In this document: in pieces, positions 35,207-35,542 of the stretch | How the letters are laid out: the number at the start of each line of letters is the position of its first letter | Numbering within the stretch: the first letter of the stretch is position 1 | Virus record (IMG/VR): IMGVR_UViG_3300032255_000171 | Location: 1-35,542 of that record | Strand: one strand, 5' to 3' | Length of the DNA stretch: 35,542 bases | Source: a virus | Taxonomy: Duplodnaviria; Caudoviricetes | Notes under the pieces: generated by a model | What the model was told of the DNA's origin: nothing | Database searches by the model: none | Seen by the model: the letters and a program-made list of their open reading frames with translations, nothing else | Position numbers and translations under genes: made by a program

Positions 35207-35542
35207 TCATCCCGCTATACCAAGCGCATTCAATTTATTGATTATTGCAGATTCCTTCACTTTTAATGCTCCCAGTTCCAGTAGCAACTCAAGCACATCC
35301 TTTTTATCTAAAGATACATCATCACTTGTTCCTAATGCGCCTGATAGATTGGCAATCACATCATCCTTGCCTTTTAAACGCTTTATATAGCGGTGTACGG
35401 ACGATTTAGAGGTGTCTATACCTTTTGAGCCAAGCCACTCCGCTGTCTCAATACATTCGCTATATCCGGTATTTCTAATTTTATTGTCCAGCTCATTTTT
35501 AAGATCACTTGGTAATTTGTCGAATTTAGATACAGTGCCCAT
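35207..35542 (-). CDS. Stand-alone DUF3486 / gp27-like HTH protein
   Basis: MG.VSK.DKLP.DLK.ELD..I...GYS......WL...G...SKSSVHRY aligns by eye with the gp27 part of 22471-23337. Confidence 0.78.
   Translation of the reverse strand: MGTVSKFDKLPSDLKNELDNKIRNTGYSECIETAEWLGSKGIDTSKSSVHRYIKRLKGKDDVIANLSGALGTSDDVSLDKKDVLELLLELGALKVKESAIINKLNALGIAG

Overview
Nearly the whole window is a Mu-like transposable prophage with a contractile tail, almost entirely on the minus strand. Read right to left it contains: repressor/ner switch with six operators and an IHF site, transposase A, ATPase B, semi-essential early genes, a Mor-family activator, lysis genes, terminase, portal, MuF, protease/scaffold, capsid, neck, sheath, tube, tape measure, baseplate, a split tail fibre, and a ruined Dam-like adenine methyltransferase. 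Neither terminal TG...CA end can be fixed inside the window. The main surprise is a 276-bp integron-type cassette (308-583) with a canonical attC fold, inserted into the last codons of the methyltransferase. Removing it restores the C-terminus ...ELIIRNW*. There is no integrase in the window, the target reads A|TT rather than G|TT, and the cassette's small Zn-ribbon ORF is inverted relative to normal cassettes, with its RBS and ATG inside the attC loop. Other notable points: a major capsid protein with a signal-peptide-like 49-aa leader, two identically built and apparently leaderless late promoters, candidate antisense sRNAs at B and at the methyltransferase, a MuF-nuclease fusion with no immunity gene, a gp26-gp27 fusion plus a second free-standing gp27-like gene, and a three-gene fibre-like insert in the neck region. 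Family assignments come from recognised motifs and Mu synteny; no database search was run.
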